Source: an uncultured virus (IMG/VR IMGVR_UViG_3300007512_002491)
Lineage: Duplodnaviria; Heunggongvirae; Uroviricota; Caudoviricetes
Reading direction: 5' to 3' (one strand)
IMG/VR virus record: IMGVR_UViG_3300007512_002491
DNA: 64,000 nucleotides
The position numbers were made by a program, and so were the translations under genes. Below the pieces are notes generated by a model. That model ran no database searches. It was not told the origin of the DNA and worked only from the letters and a program-made list of their open reading frames with translations. This document shows, in pieces, positions 53,804 to 63,461 of this stretch; position 1 is the first letter of the stretch; the number at the start of each line of letters is the position of its first letter.

Positions 53804-55492
53804 CTATTTGTCTGACGTTAACCCGGCGAGTAAAGCCCAACGATCTACCTCATTCCCATTGCTGGCAGGCGCGCCTGACCGGGTTGATTTGGATGAAGAT
53901 GCGAGCAATCGGGAGCGACTCTCAGATAGAGTCTTACCGGAACCCCGATTTAGAGATGCACTCAAACTCTTATAAAGGAGTTTGGCTTCTCTGATTGTGC
54001 GTGCTTTGTCGAGTGCTTCGACTACTACACGCTGCTGCTTTGTTGAAAGCCCACGATTTTGCATGAGCTTATTAGCAAACAGAAGCTTAGCGTTAAAAAG
54101 ATTCATTTCTGCAAGCTGCTTCTTTAATTTAGTAACAGTTCTTTCAGCCATGACGGCTCTTTTAGTGTTACGGGCTGGAGCAGCTCTTCTGGTGCGACGT
54201 GACTCTGAAATTCTTCTGTTTCTACGAGTTCCACGAGTTCTACGATTACGTCGCTGTGATTCAGCTAACTGGCGGCTTGCTCTGCGGAGTCTACGGCGAA
54301 TAAAAGCTTCAACCTGCGGTGCAGGAACTCCAGGATCACCTAGTTCATCAGCGAGAGCGTTAAGAAGAGCGTCTTCGTCGACATCGACAATAACGTCACC
54401 TTCATCTTCTCCACCATGTGCAAGTGCAGGATCGGCTGCGGCAGCTCTTCCCTCTTCTTGCTCACGAAGTCTTCTCATTTTAAAGAGCTCACGACGTAGC
54501 GCAGCTTCATCAATTTCGTAAACTTCGTCAAGATCTTCTCCGTCCCCGTCGTCAGAATCATCACTTTCTAAAGTAATTTCTTCTTCTTCTTCGACATCTT
54601 CCTCGACTTCAACCTCTTCTTCGGCTGGTGCGACTTCAACGTCGAGACCGAGTGCGGCCCCAAGATCTAATATTGCGTCTTCAGCTGCTTCCACATCGGG
54701 TTCAGCTGCGACTTCTACGTCTTCCTCGACATCTACATCGAGGTCAACTTCTTCTTCTTCTTGTTCAAACATGCCCACTTCCTCAAGACTCTCATCCTTT
54801 GTTAACTCTTCAAAGAGTCTCCTGAAAGCTGCTGCGTCACGTCTTCTAGACATTTTGCTCATCTCCTTTATTAGTTGAGTTAATTGTAATTCGAGTCTAT
54901 TGTCAATGGACTCTTTCATAAGTATTAAATTATTAGATAAAGTAATAACTTCTTCTAACAGACGACCATAAAATATAATCGCTGTTTGTTTTTCAACAGA
55001 GCTACATCTATTAAGATTTACTCCATCAATCGCTTCTCTTAGCATGTTGAATTTTCTAGATAAAGAAACAACACGGCCAGAAATATTCTTTGTTTTTGAC
55101 ACATTATGCAAAAAATTCTCTAAACGCAAAAAAGACTCTTGACTTAAAATAAGATCTTCTTCTTCGTCATCATCACCCTCGCCAAGATCCATATCTAGAT
55201 CACCCTGAACAGTAATCGATACAGTGGGAGCAGCGGGGGGTGGCTCTTCTGCCGGCGCAGCCATTGGCAATTCTTCAATTGCTAAATCTACCATTTCTTC
55301 TGCAGATTCTTCTGCTTCATCCCCTATTACTAAATCTGATTCTTCTTCAACATCATCAATAAGCTGCTGTTCAATAAGACTTCTGATTCTAGGAGTAACG
55401 GCTTCAATAATTTTATTTTTTGCGTTTTGTTCAGCCATGTCACGCAGTTGTTTTGCTTCTGCGATGGCTTCGTTATAAAGATTTTTGCTCAT
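53804..55492 (-). CDS. prohead core / scaffold protein
   Basis: Very acidic, helical, many (L/I)xE sites, LAEMNLFNAKLLFANKL; directly upstream of the MCP genes. Confidence 0.8.
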   Translation of the reverse strand: MSKNLYNEAIAEAKQLRDMAEQNAKNKIIEAVTPRIRSLIEQQLIDDVEEESDLVIGDEAEESAEEMVDLAIEELPMAAPAEEPPPAAPTVSITVQGDLDMDLGEGDDDEEEDLILSQESFLRLENFLHNVSKTKNISGRVVSLSRKFNMLREAIDGVNLNRCSSVEKQTAIIFYGRLLEEVITLSNNLILMKESIDNRLELQLTQLIKEMSKMSRRRDAAAFRRLFEELTKDESLEEVGMFEQEEEEVDLDVDVEEDVEVAAEPDVEAAEDAILDLGAALGLDVEVAPAEEEVEVEEDVEEEEEITLESDDSDDGDGEDLDEVYEIDEAALRRELFKMRRLREQEEGRAAAADPALAHGGEDEGDVIVDVDEDALLNALADELGDPGVPAPQVEAFIRRRLRRASRQLAESQRRNRRTRGTRRNRRISESRRTRRAAPARNTKRAVMAERTVTKLKKQLAEMNLFNAKLLFANKLMQNRGLSTKQQRVVVEALDKARTIREAKLLYKSLSASLNRGSGKTLSESRSRLLASSSKSTRSGAPASNGNEVDRWALLAGLTSDK

Positions 55493-55577
55493 TTCCCTCT
55501 CTCTTTAGAAGAAACTAATATCACTATGTATTCGTAAATATTCATCTAAAAGCGAAGATTTAATTCTATAAGCCAAA

Positions 55578-56162
55578 TTATTTCCCATATTTTTGAATTT
55601 GATGAATTTTTTCAGTTTGATTTTGAAGTCTTTCTATGTGCGCCAAGTCTTCATCTCCAAAAATAATATCTTCTAAAGAATAGTTGGGGCCATTTAAGTC
55701 TTGTAAAATTTCAATTGGCTCTGGTGCAGAAGAATAACCTTTTTTTGTGCCCGTTGGTCTAGAAACTGTTCTAAAAGTATTAGTTGGACCGGGGTGTGGT
55801 AAAGCAGCACCCGACCCGCCAGTTCCAGAGCCAGTCCTTCCTCTATACATTTTTGGAAAAGGAACCATTCCTTTAGATGTCGAATTTTCTGACATTTTTG
55901 TAGCTCCATCAACAAAATGAAACGGATCATTTCCATATTTGGCGTATGGATCAGAAGGCTCATAGCCTAAAGCTTTAGTCAGTATAGATTCGTAAGTATC
56001 ATCATCTATAAACTCTTCAGCTTCTATATCCTCTTCGTCTTTTTCTGGATACTGAACAAAAGATCGCGATAAATCAAACTTTCTTTTTAGACGACCATAG
56101 CCCAGGTCATCCCGTGGATCATAAGGTGCGGGGTGACCGAGGCCATGATTTTTTAGTGGCAT
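55578..56162 (-). CDS. hypothetical protein in head module
   Basis: ORF in series, Pro/Gly-rich. Confidence 0.6.
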   Translation of the reverse strand: MPLKNHGLGHPAPYDPRDDLGYGRLKRKFDLSRSFVQYPEKDEEDIEAEEFIDDDTYESILTKALGYEPSDPYAKYGNDPFHFVDGATKMSENSTSKGMVPFPKMYRGRTGSGTGGSGAALPHPGPTNTFRTVSRPTGTKKGYSSAPEPIEILQDLNGPNYSLEDIIFGDEDLAHIERLQNQTEKIHQIQKYGK

Positions 56163-56178
56163 TACTCACTCTAACTCG

Positions 56179-56703
56179 TCAAGTTCCGTAAGGTGAACTA
56201 CCAAACGCGAGTTCTCCGATAGCAGATGTATTTTGTGCCGTGGAAGAATCAGTAATGCTCAAGCCAGAACCAACTCCAACGCCAGGCGGATCGCTTGGCT
56301 CCATGTTAGCTAAGCTGTCTGGAGCAGCAGGCTGATCTGCTGGGTTTGAGCTGCCTTCGCCCGGAGATACAGTGTTGGGCACCCATTGGTTTGCTGGAGC
56401 TCCTCCACCATCATTAGAAATATCTCCAGCTGGAATATTTAATCCCCAATCCATCGGCTGCTCGCCGAAAGTATGCCCACCATCGTTGATAGTCGCTTGG
56501 AGTACATTTGCAGTATACCATGCAGCCATTGTCGATGGAGAACCGCTTCCATCATCTAAGAGTTGGTCAGCATTATTCAATGGCGAACCAGGGAAACTAG
56601 CTATAATTTCTCCATGATTAGCGGATCCTTTAGATCTTGCGGTTCCTGTTCCGTATCCGGTTCCCGGAATTGGAGTAACGGTTCCTTGTTTGTGGGTGGG
56701 CAT
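56179..56703 (-). CDS. hypothetical Gly/Ser/Pro-rich protein, possible virion component
   Basis: AGGAG SD; located in the head module. Confidence 0.6.
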   Translation of the reverse strand: MPTHKQGTVTPIPGTGYGTGTARSKGSANHGEIIASFPGSPLNNADQLLDDGSGSPSTMAAWYTANVLQATINDGGHTFGEQPMDWGLNIPAGDISNDGGGAPANQWVPNTVSPGEGSSNPADQPAAPDSLANMEPSDPPGVGVGSGLSITDSSTAQNTSAIGELAFGSSPYGT

Positions 56704-56724
56704 TTGTTTTCTCCTGAAAAAATA

Positions 56725-57015
56725 TTAAAGTGCTTTAAGTACTCTTCGACCAAGGCGCTTTCTTGCTTCGTGAACTTTAGTAAGTTCGCGTCTAAGTTTG
56801 CCTTCCTTAATTTTAAGAGCTTTGAGATGGTCTAAATCTTTCTCTAAACTACCTGCAAGTTCGTCGGCATCTACTTCTTCAGCGTGAACATAAGATGGAT
56901 CTTCAACTCCTGACGCAACTGGGTCAGAAGTCTCTACCATTTTCTTTCTTTCTTGCAATACCAATCTTCTTAAAAGGGATGGTGTTAATTTCTTTGTGCT
57001 TCTTCTTTTCGACAT
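56725..57015 (-). CDS. hypothetical protein in head module
   Basis: Start MSKRRS after AGGAG SD; KLTPSLLRRLVLQE motif. Confidence 0.6.
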   Translation of the reverse strand: MSKRRSTKKLTPSLLRRLVLQERKKMVETSDPVASGVEDPSYVHAEEVDADELAGSLEKDLDHLKALKIKEGKLRRELTKVHEARKRLGRRVLKAL

Positions 57016-57072
57016 TTTAAAACTCCTAGAACGGGGTTGTTCCTTATTACTTATCATCTTCCCGCGTTTTTT

Positions 57073-57504
57073 TTACTTATCAAACGCTAATTTTGCCCAA
57101 TTATCTGCACCGTCAAAGATGTCCATTGGGTCATTTTGGGCCATTGCTTTAGTTGCAGCATCGCCGTGGGTCATCCTTTGGGCGGTAGAATTTTTTGTCT
57201 CAGCTAATACTTGTGTTTGAAATGTATTAGCAGCAGTATCTGCAAAAATACTCGCCATTATGGGATCTTTTACATCTGGTACTATCGGATTGATAGATTC
57301 TTCTCTTTTCTGCATTTTAATATGATCTAATGCGGGCCTTCGAGTAGTGGGGGTTGATTTTTTAGAGCCGGCTTTGGTTCTTGTTTTAGATCTAGACTCT
57401 TTTAGACTTGAAGCAGGGCTGTCTGCAAGAAGGCCCTCTGCAAGAATTTCTACCAAGCACTCTTTTACGATGCCCTTCAACATAGATTTTGAAATTTTTG
57501 CCAT
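57073..57504 (-). CDS. hypothetical protein in head module
   Basis: MAKISKSMLKGIVKECLVEILAE N-terminus. Confidence 0.65.
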   Translation of the reverse strand: MAKISKSMLKGIVKECLVEILAEGLLADSPASSLKESRSKTRTKAGSKKSTPTTRRPALDHIKMQKREESINPIVPDVKDPIMASIFADTAANTFQTQVLAETKNSTAQRMTHGDAATKAMAQNDPMDIFDGADNWAKLAFDK

Positions 57505-57959
57505 TATCCAACTCCTCGGAAACCAAGGGATCCTGTGAGTTTAAAGAATTCTGAAGGTCTAATATTAGTAAGCCCAGCTACCAATGAAAATCCAGTTCCG
57601 CCAGATTCACCCGATGTAAAAAACAATTTATCGCAACGAAGCTCCCACAAAACAGTGGAAGTTCCGTCAAGTGAGCCGGTTGGTATTATATAATAATTGC
57701 GGCTATTACCCTGTGCTTCAACGGCTGAGCCTGAAACAGACCCGCCTCTTCCATCAACTCCATTTTCGGTAAAACCAACTCTTAATTCTTTAGCGCCGAT
57801 ATTTCTAATTTGGACCCATCTTGTAACAGTTGGAAACTTAACACTTACCACACCACTACTGCTGATTTCATCATAATTGCTTGATGTTACAAAAGGCGTG
57901 CCAGAACACTGGTATTCCGGCGCAAAGTTCCAACCGGGGCCAGTTCTATAATTTGACAT
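57504..57959 (-). CDS. hypothetical beta-rich protein, possible virion component
   Basis: Directly after the protease gene; Gly/Ser/Thr-rich. Confidence 0.6.
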   Translation of the reverse strand: MSNYRTGPGWNFAPEYQCSGTPFVTSSNYDEISSSGVVSVKFPTVTRWVQIRNIGAKELRVGFTENGVDGRGGSVSGSAVEAQGNSRNYYIIPTGSLDGTSTVLWELRCDKLFFTSGESGGTGFSLVAGLTNIRPSEFFKLTGSLGFRGVG

Positions 57960-57962
57960 TTT

Positions 57963-58574
57963 TTACTCCCAATCTAAAATATCGTTAAATATTCTATCAA
58001 TTCTATCTGTTTTATTAAAATGCTTATTTAAATCAGACCTTCTAACTTCTACACCTTCACGCATCATAAAAGCTCCTGGAGTCGAAGGCTCACTAACGAA
58101 ATCCCAGCAAATTAATTGAAAATCGTCTTGAACTACTTGGTGATCTCCCTCATTTTTAGTAGATCCAACTCCTCGAGATGATATACCTAAAGTCACTCCA
58201 GATTCGACTAAACTCTGGAGTATTTTTCCAGCTGGAGTATCTAAAAGCTCTACAGTTCCATAGCATATATCTCCGTCCATATAAGCTTCTCTTACTATGT
58301 GAGACACGTTTTTAAGTTCGACAACTGAAGAGTCGGGATGATCGCACTCTCCAAGCGCTCGATTTTCTGCTATGAATTTTTGATAGTTTCTAACTTCTCT
58401 ATCTAAGATAACGCGAGGATAGACTCTGCCGTTTTGATTAAGCGTATCAGACTTTTGAAGTACGCCTCGCATTAAAATTTTTCCGCCGTTATTTTCTCTA
58501 GATTCTTTAATTTGATCTACAGTATATTCAAACGGAGTCCAACTCGTGAGCAAATGTAATTTAGAATCGCTCAT
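57963..58574 (-). CDS. prohead core protease (T4 gp21-like)
   Basis: NQNGRVYP, ALGECDHP, LGISSRGVGS, WDFVSEPSTPGAF. Confidence 0.95.
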   Translation of the reverse strand: MSDSKLHLLTSWTPFEYTVDQIKESRENNGGKILMRGVLQKSDTLNQNGRVYPRVILDREVRNYQKFIAENRALGECDHPDSSVVELKNVSHIVREAYMDGDICYGTVELLDTPAGKILQSLVESGVTLGISSRGVGSTKNEGDHQVVQDDFQLICWDFVSEPSTPGAFMMREGVEVRRSDLNKHFNKTDRIDRIFNDILDWE

Positions 58575-59410
58575 ACTGAATCCTCCTTAAGTTCTTCTGA
58601 AAGTTTAGAAAGCAACAAGAATCTAGAAATATTTTCGTCATCATGAATATTTTCGTCTAATCTAGAAATGTTATTTTTAACTTTGTTAACTTTTTCACAA
58701 ATGACCTTATTGCTATGCGAATTTGGAACTTGGGATATTTCGTGCATGGCAGCAATTTTTACTTCGTTTAATAAACTCTTTAAAGAATTTTCTCCAGAAC
58801 AAAAAACGTATTCTTTAATTATTTTTGTTTGCATTTGATTTAAGCTAGAATCATATTTTTTATTAAATTTTTCTAACATTATTTTCACAGTTAGCTTATT
58901 TACATCTTCAGTTTTTTCATCTTCGAAATTATGCTGGTCTTCTTCTCTTAGAAGCATGTCCTGCACTAAAGATTCATATCTGATGGCTTCTTGTAGCGAT
59001 CCCGCCTCACCTTTTTCCCACAAGTTTAAAAGATTTTGAACGGTTGCGTATTCTTTATATTCTTGGACTCTCTGGTTATAAAAATTAGAATTGCCCATTT
59101 TGTAATTTATGTCTTTTATCAACATAGATTTTTCTCTTTGGAGTTTTTTTGCATTTCTATTAACAGAAGCTGTTTTTGCCTCTCCTAATATTTTAATAGC
59201 TAAAGACTCTCGAGGCACCTTTGTTTTAACCATAGCTTGAAAAAGCCTAAACTCTTTATAGAGCTCTGTTCCAGGCTTGAAGTGTTTATCAATGATTCCT
59301 TTTACTATTTTAACTTCTCCATTTTTGCCCTCTACTAAAGCGCGTGATAGAGAAGAAAGTAGTTGTTCATAGATAATTCCAACATTTCTTTTTTTATTAT
59401 GCTTCGGCAT
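58571..59410 (-). CDS. hypothetical helical protein between portal and protease
   Basis: KHNKKRNVGIIYEQL N-terminus; coupled to both neighbours. Confidence 0.65.
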   Translation of the reverse strand: MPKHNKKRNVGIIYEQLLSSLSRALVEGKNGEVKIVKGIIDKHFKPGTELYKEFRLFQAMVKTKVPRESLAIKILGEAKTASVNRNAKKLQREKSMLIKDINYKMGNSNFYNQRVQEYKEYATVQNLLNLWEKGEAGSLQEAIRYESLVQDMLLREEDQHNFEDEKTEDVNKLTVKIMLEKFNKKYDSSLNQMQTKIIKEYVFCSGENSLKSLLNEVKIAAMHEISQVPNSHSNKVICEKVNKVKNNISRLDENIHDDENISRFLLLSKLSEELKEDSV

Positions 59411-59411
59411 T

Positions 59412-61412
59412 TTATCCTTCATCCATTTCGTTTAAATCTTCTAGATCAAATTCTAAAGCAGAGTCATCTTGTTCAGAAAGAAGACCCCTACTATGATTAT
59501 CTATAATATTTGAAAGGTTACTTATAACATCTTTCATAGAAGCATCCATTCTCGGCGCATTTACGCTATGATCTAAAAGTGTCGATACTTCTGAATTCAT
59601 GTTTTCGCCAAAAGGATTTTTAAAAAATTCAGAATCGTAAGGGCTGTTCATAGAATCCCTCTTCCTTGTAGAAGACCCTACTCCGGTCATAGATTTAAAA
59701 TCTGGAGAATGCAATCTTTGCGATTTAGAAGATCTAGATTTTTTTATAGGTTCATTCCATATATTTTTAACCATGTTGTCTACACGAGCTGGTCCTGATT
59801 CATCATCTAAAGAAAACTTTATAATTTCATCGTCATCTTCATCGTCATCTTCATCGTCATCTTCATTTATTGAATCTGCTTCTGGAAGTGGAGAAACTCC
59901 TATTGGGAGGACGTTACCATCTAGTACATCACCAACTACTTGATCAGCTGCGAATAAGCCACCTTCATCTCCGCCTTCATCTCCGCCACCAGCGTCGTCA
60001 CCACCGCCCTCTCCACCCGAAGCTTCAAGTTCTGCGTCTCTCTTTTTGTCATTTGCTCTTCCCTCTTCCACTAATGCTATTTCTTCATTAGTAAGACCTA
60101 AAACATTTTTTCTAACCCAATCTTTATCCAACATTCCTTCTGGCACTTTTCCAGCAATGTCGAATTTTTGAGAAATTAGTTCTAGTTTCTGTTGCTGGGC
60201 TATGCTTGAGGGGTTAGAGAGTTTTAAGTCAAAATCTACCAAATCATCGCCAGTAAATCCATGAGAATAAAGATGAATCATTGCAAGCTTATTCAACTCT
60301 GATATAACCGTTTTTTGAATTCTTTGAATTGTCCTACTAAATCTTATATCTTCTTGAGCCAACGTTGCTTTTGACCCTATTTCTTCGTCATATCCAAGAT
60401 ATGCTTTTGGAATTTTAAGAGCTGCAAATAATTTCTTTTGAATATACTCTACATCTTCAATAGCTGACGTGTTTTGTCCTCCAGCCAGAGAAGATATATC
60501 GGTCCCTGAGTCACCTCCGCGAACCGGGATGAAGTAATCCTCATCCACGGAAAGAGGGTTATATCTGAGATCTACTCTGCCATCCGATTTATTAACAACT
60601 GGCTCTCTCTTAAGAGAAGTTTTAGCTTGCTCAAGATATTCGGCCACATTTTCCGGTGGAACATTTCCTACGTCAATTTTAAATACACGGCGCTCAGGTG
60701 CGCGTATGATACGATAAACTAACATCGCATCTTCGATGAGAATCAACTGTCTCCAAATTCTTCGAGCTGACTCTAATACGCTAGAGCCGTATGGAAGAAA
60801 CGCGTCGTTGCCAAGTAAGCGAAAGTGGGTGATTTGCCAATTTTCAAGAATCTGATTTCCTTGCGTCATCCAGCGAAACCTAACCGCTCCTGGATTTTCA
60901 GGATCGTAACCTTCTTCTCTTTCTATTTCAGAGATTGGAATTGGATAGCAAGCTATTACACCAAACTCAGGAGAAACATCGTTAAACAAGAAAAAATCTC
61001 CGTACTTACATAAATTTCTAACCCACATTGGAAGATTAAAATCTAAATTCAGAGTATCATAAAAAAGAGTAAACAATAGCTCTCTTATTTTTCTATTTTC
61101 AGAATATATGTGGAGTACATTCCCTTTATCGTCTACTGATGCAGTTTCTTCTGAATATATGTCTAAAGCAGAAGAAATCTCTGGAGTGGCTTCCATTTCT
61201 GAAAAATCAGAATATCTTGCCATCCTGTCAAAAGACCCATATGCGGACATTGTATTTGTGTATATGTCGCTATGTGATTTCCTAAACTGCTGTAAAGAAC
61301 TCGCGGGTCCAGGATTTTTACCATCAAAAGACTTTATTCTTCTTTTAATAGACGGACCAGCTCTAAAAAGAGCAGTTAATCTTCTAAATAAACTTGGTGA
61401 GTTATCAGCCAT
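59412..61412 (-). CDS. portal protein (T4 gp20-like)
   Basis: EDAMLVYRIIRAPERRVFKIDVGN, EDYFIPVRG, LAGG, KKLFAALKIPK, EDIRFSR; acidic C-terminal extension. Confidence 0.95.
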   Translation of the reverse strand: MADNSPSLFRRLTALFRAGPSIKRRIKSFDGKNPGPASSLQQFRKSHSDIYTNTMSAYGSFDRMARYSDFSEMEATPEISSALDIYSEETASVDDKGNVLHIYSENRKIRELLFTLFYDTLNLDFNLPMWVRNLCKYGDFFLFNDVSPEFGVIACYPIPISEIEREEGYDPENPGAVRFRWMTQGNQILENWQITHFRLLGNDAFLPYGSSVLESARRIWRQLILIEDAMLVYRIIRAPERRVFKIDVGNVPPENVAEYLEQAKTSLKREPVVNKSDGRVDLRYNPLSVDEDYFIPVRGGDSGTDISSLAGGQNTSAIEDVEYIQKKLFAALKIPKAYLGYDEEIGSKATLAQEDIRFSRTIQRIQKTVISELNKLAMIHLYSHGFTGDDLVDFDLKLSNPSSIAQQQKLELISQKFDIAGKVPEGMLDKDWVRKNVLGLTNEEIALVEEGRANDKKRDAELEASGGEGGGDDAGGGDEGGDEGGLFAADQVVGDVLDGNVLPIGVSPLPEADSINEDDDEDDDEDDDEIIKFSLDDESGPARVDNMVKNIWNEPIKKSRSSKSQRLHSPDFKSMTGVGSSTRKRDSMNSPYDSEFFKNPFGENMNSEVSTLLDHSVNAPRMDASMKDVISNLSNIIDNHSRGLLSEQDDSALEFDLEDLNEMDEG
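59826..59866. repeat. 12-bp tandem repeat (about 3.4 copies) encoding EDDD in the portal tail
   Basis: ttcatcgtcatc x3 plus ttcat. Confidence 0.85.
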
Positions 61413-61466
61413 TTTCTATATCACTCTTGTTCTTACAATAAATATTCATTTTTATTCTAGAATAAA

Positions 61467-63062
61467 CTATTTCAACAGCCAGCCAAAACTATATGGCTTT
61501 TTTTCGTCATCTTCCATATCAGCTTCATCTAAAATGACTGGCTTAAATGGATTGATTTGATTGACTGTTTTAAGCTTAGGATCTAAAATGCCCTTTGGAG
61601 CATTACTCATCACGCCCATAGCTTGAAGCATTGCTTGGTTGAGATCGACACTCTGTTTGTTGAAGGCTTCACTGGTGTCATAAAGCCATAACCCTATAGC
61701 TAAAGCCATAACTAGATCATCGTTTTTATCACGCATAGCTTGCGCTTTATTGTTTTTCCAAATAAAAGTTTTCATCTCTTCATAAAATCTGGAAGAATAT
61801 ATTTTTATCTGCTTGTTTCTTAAAACTTCTTCTAGACGAGTAAGAATTTTTCCACGGTTATTACCCTGGGTAGAAAAACCAGCTTTGCCGATGCTTCCAT
61901 TTCCATATAAGACGTCATATTTTTCTTTCTCTTTTGCAAAATATATGTTGGTGTATCCAAGTTCTTTTAATTTAACTAAAACTGCATAACCGTATGTATT
62001 AGACTCTGGACAGATCACGGCGTTGTTAAATCTTTTTCCAGCTTCAACTAACAATATTCCAAATTGGTCTGGCGGGATTTTTCCTTTAAATTCGCAAACT
62101 ATTTCAGATTCATTAGTGTCTATAACATGAAAAGCTGAATAGTCTTTAGAGTCTCCCCTAGAAACATCTGCGGAAATGATATAATCGTGATCAGTAAGAG
62201 AATATTTCCATTGCCAACAAGCCATTTCAGGACCCCATCTTTCCATGGGCGATTTTACCATGTATCGAAGATATTCTACATCTTCTGCTTTTAAAAATGT
62301 TTCTCCAGAAGCAGCAAAATCACACAACAGCTCTTGAGCGACTTGTTTGTCGGAAAGGTTTTTGCACTCTTCTTCAAACCATGCATCGTCTCTTTCCGGA
62401 TGCACGTCCCATTGAAGTTTTATAGGGTTAAATTCATTCTCTTTAGATTCGGCCTTAATATAAAGATCATAATATTGTCCTCCCACGCCATTTGGTGTCG
62501 AAAGTATTATTGCTCTACCGCCAGTGGACAAAGTGGGATATAGCCCCATCCAAAGCTCATCAAAATTTCTAACAAATGCAGCCTCATCTACGATAAGCAG
62601 TGATAACGCTTCAGATCTACCAGCGTCTTCGGAAGTTGGAACAGCTTTTATTTGTGAGCCATTACTAAATTCTACGCTCTGCTTATTGTTTCCAGTTATC
62701 TCTGGCAAAACTAACCATGGAGGTAATCCCCGCATAGCTGTTTTAACTTTTTTAATAAAGTTCATAGCCACGCTTAATTTTGTCGCAATAATTAAGACAT
62801 TTTTATCTTTATAGAATAAAGCTAACCAAGCGGCGTAAGCTGCCGCAAGAGTAGATAAGCCGAGCTGTCTAGACTTTAAAACAACGTTGAACCTGTGTTC
62901 AACAAAATCATTAACGCAATCATTTTGAAAAGGGTACGTTTTAAAATCTATAGTCCCTCGCAAAGGATGCTGAATTTTGACATAAGTGTTAATGAAGTAA
63001 AGAGGGTCTTTTCCGCACTTTATTATTTCTTTAACTTGTCTTTTTTTATTTTGCGGAGCCAT
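61467..63062 (-). CDS. terL: terminase large subunit (T4 gp17-like)
   Basis: KSRQLGLST, LLIVDEAAF, STPNG, ADVSRG.. DYS, NDDLVMAL. Confidence 0.96.
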   Translation of the reverse strand: MAPQNKKRQVKEIIKCGKDPLYFINTYVKIQHPLRGTIDFKTYPFQNDCVNDFVEHRFNVVLKSRQLGLSTLAAAYAAWLALFYKDKNVLIIATKLSVAMNFIKKVKTAMRGLPPWLVLPEITGNNKQSVEFSNGSQIKAVPTSEDAGRSEALSLLIVDEAAFVRNFDELWMGLYPTLSTGGRAIILSTPNGVGGQYYDLYIKAESKENEFNPIKLQWDVHPERDDAWFEEECKNLSDKQVAQELLCDFAASGETFLKAEDVEYLRYMVKSPMERWGPEMACWQWKYSLTDHDYIISADVSRGDSKDYSAFHVIDTNESEIVCEFKGKIPPDQFGILLVEAGKRFNNAVICPESNTYGYAVLVKLKELGYTNIYFAKEKEKYDVLYGNGSIGKAGFSTQGNNRGKILTRLEEVLRNKQIKIYSSRFYEEMKTFIWKNNKAQAMRDKNDDLVMALAIGLWLYDTSEAFNKQSVDLNQAMLQAMGVMSNAPKGILDPKLKTVNQINPFKPVILDEADMEDDEKKPYSFGWLLK

Positions 63063-63078
63063 CTCTACCCATCGTTAG

Positions 63079-63450
63079 TTAGCTTATGGAAAAATCTACA
63101 AATTTTCTATAGAGCGCTACTCGACGGGGATTTACTGAAGATGCTTGAACTAGCTCTACACTGTCTCTTTGAGATTCTTCTTTTAGTCCTAAAGCTTCGC
63201 CTGAAATATCTTTATACTGTTGTTTACAGTTTGATATGAGTCCCGCGATTCGTTCATTTGCTTCTTCGGCAACTCTTGGAATTTGAACTTCCATTCCTCG
63301 CTCTGATGCTAAATACACTATCGTGCTAAACATTACTCTAAGAGTATTTTCTCCAACTAAATTAGCTTTACAGCTATAAGTTTGGCTACTCTTACCCCAA
63401 GAAGTTTCTAAAATCTGTCCGAGTACATTGGTTTGTTGAATTGAAAGCAT
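63079..63450 (-). CDS. hypothetical protein
   Basis: GAGG SD; near-match late motif at 63475-63481. Confidence 0.6.
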   Translation of the reverse strand: MLSIQQTNVLGQILETSWGKSSQTYSCKANLVGENTLRVMFSTIVYLASERGMEVQIPRVAEEANERIAGLISNCKQQYKDISGEALGLKEESQRDSVELVQASSVNPRRVALYRKFVDFSIS

Positions 63451-63461
63451 TTTGTAATCCT

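Noticed and set aside
53982..54521. 179-aa + strand ORF opposite the scaffold gene
   Set aside because: Ser/Arg/Ala-rich mirror of the acidic sense protein; no initiation signals.
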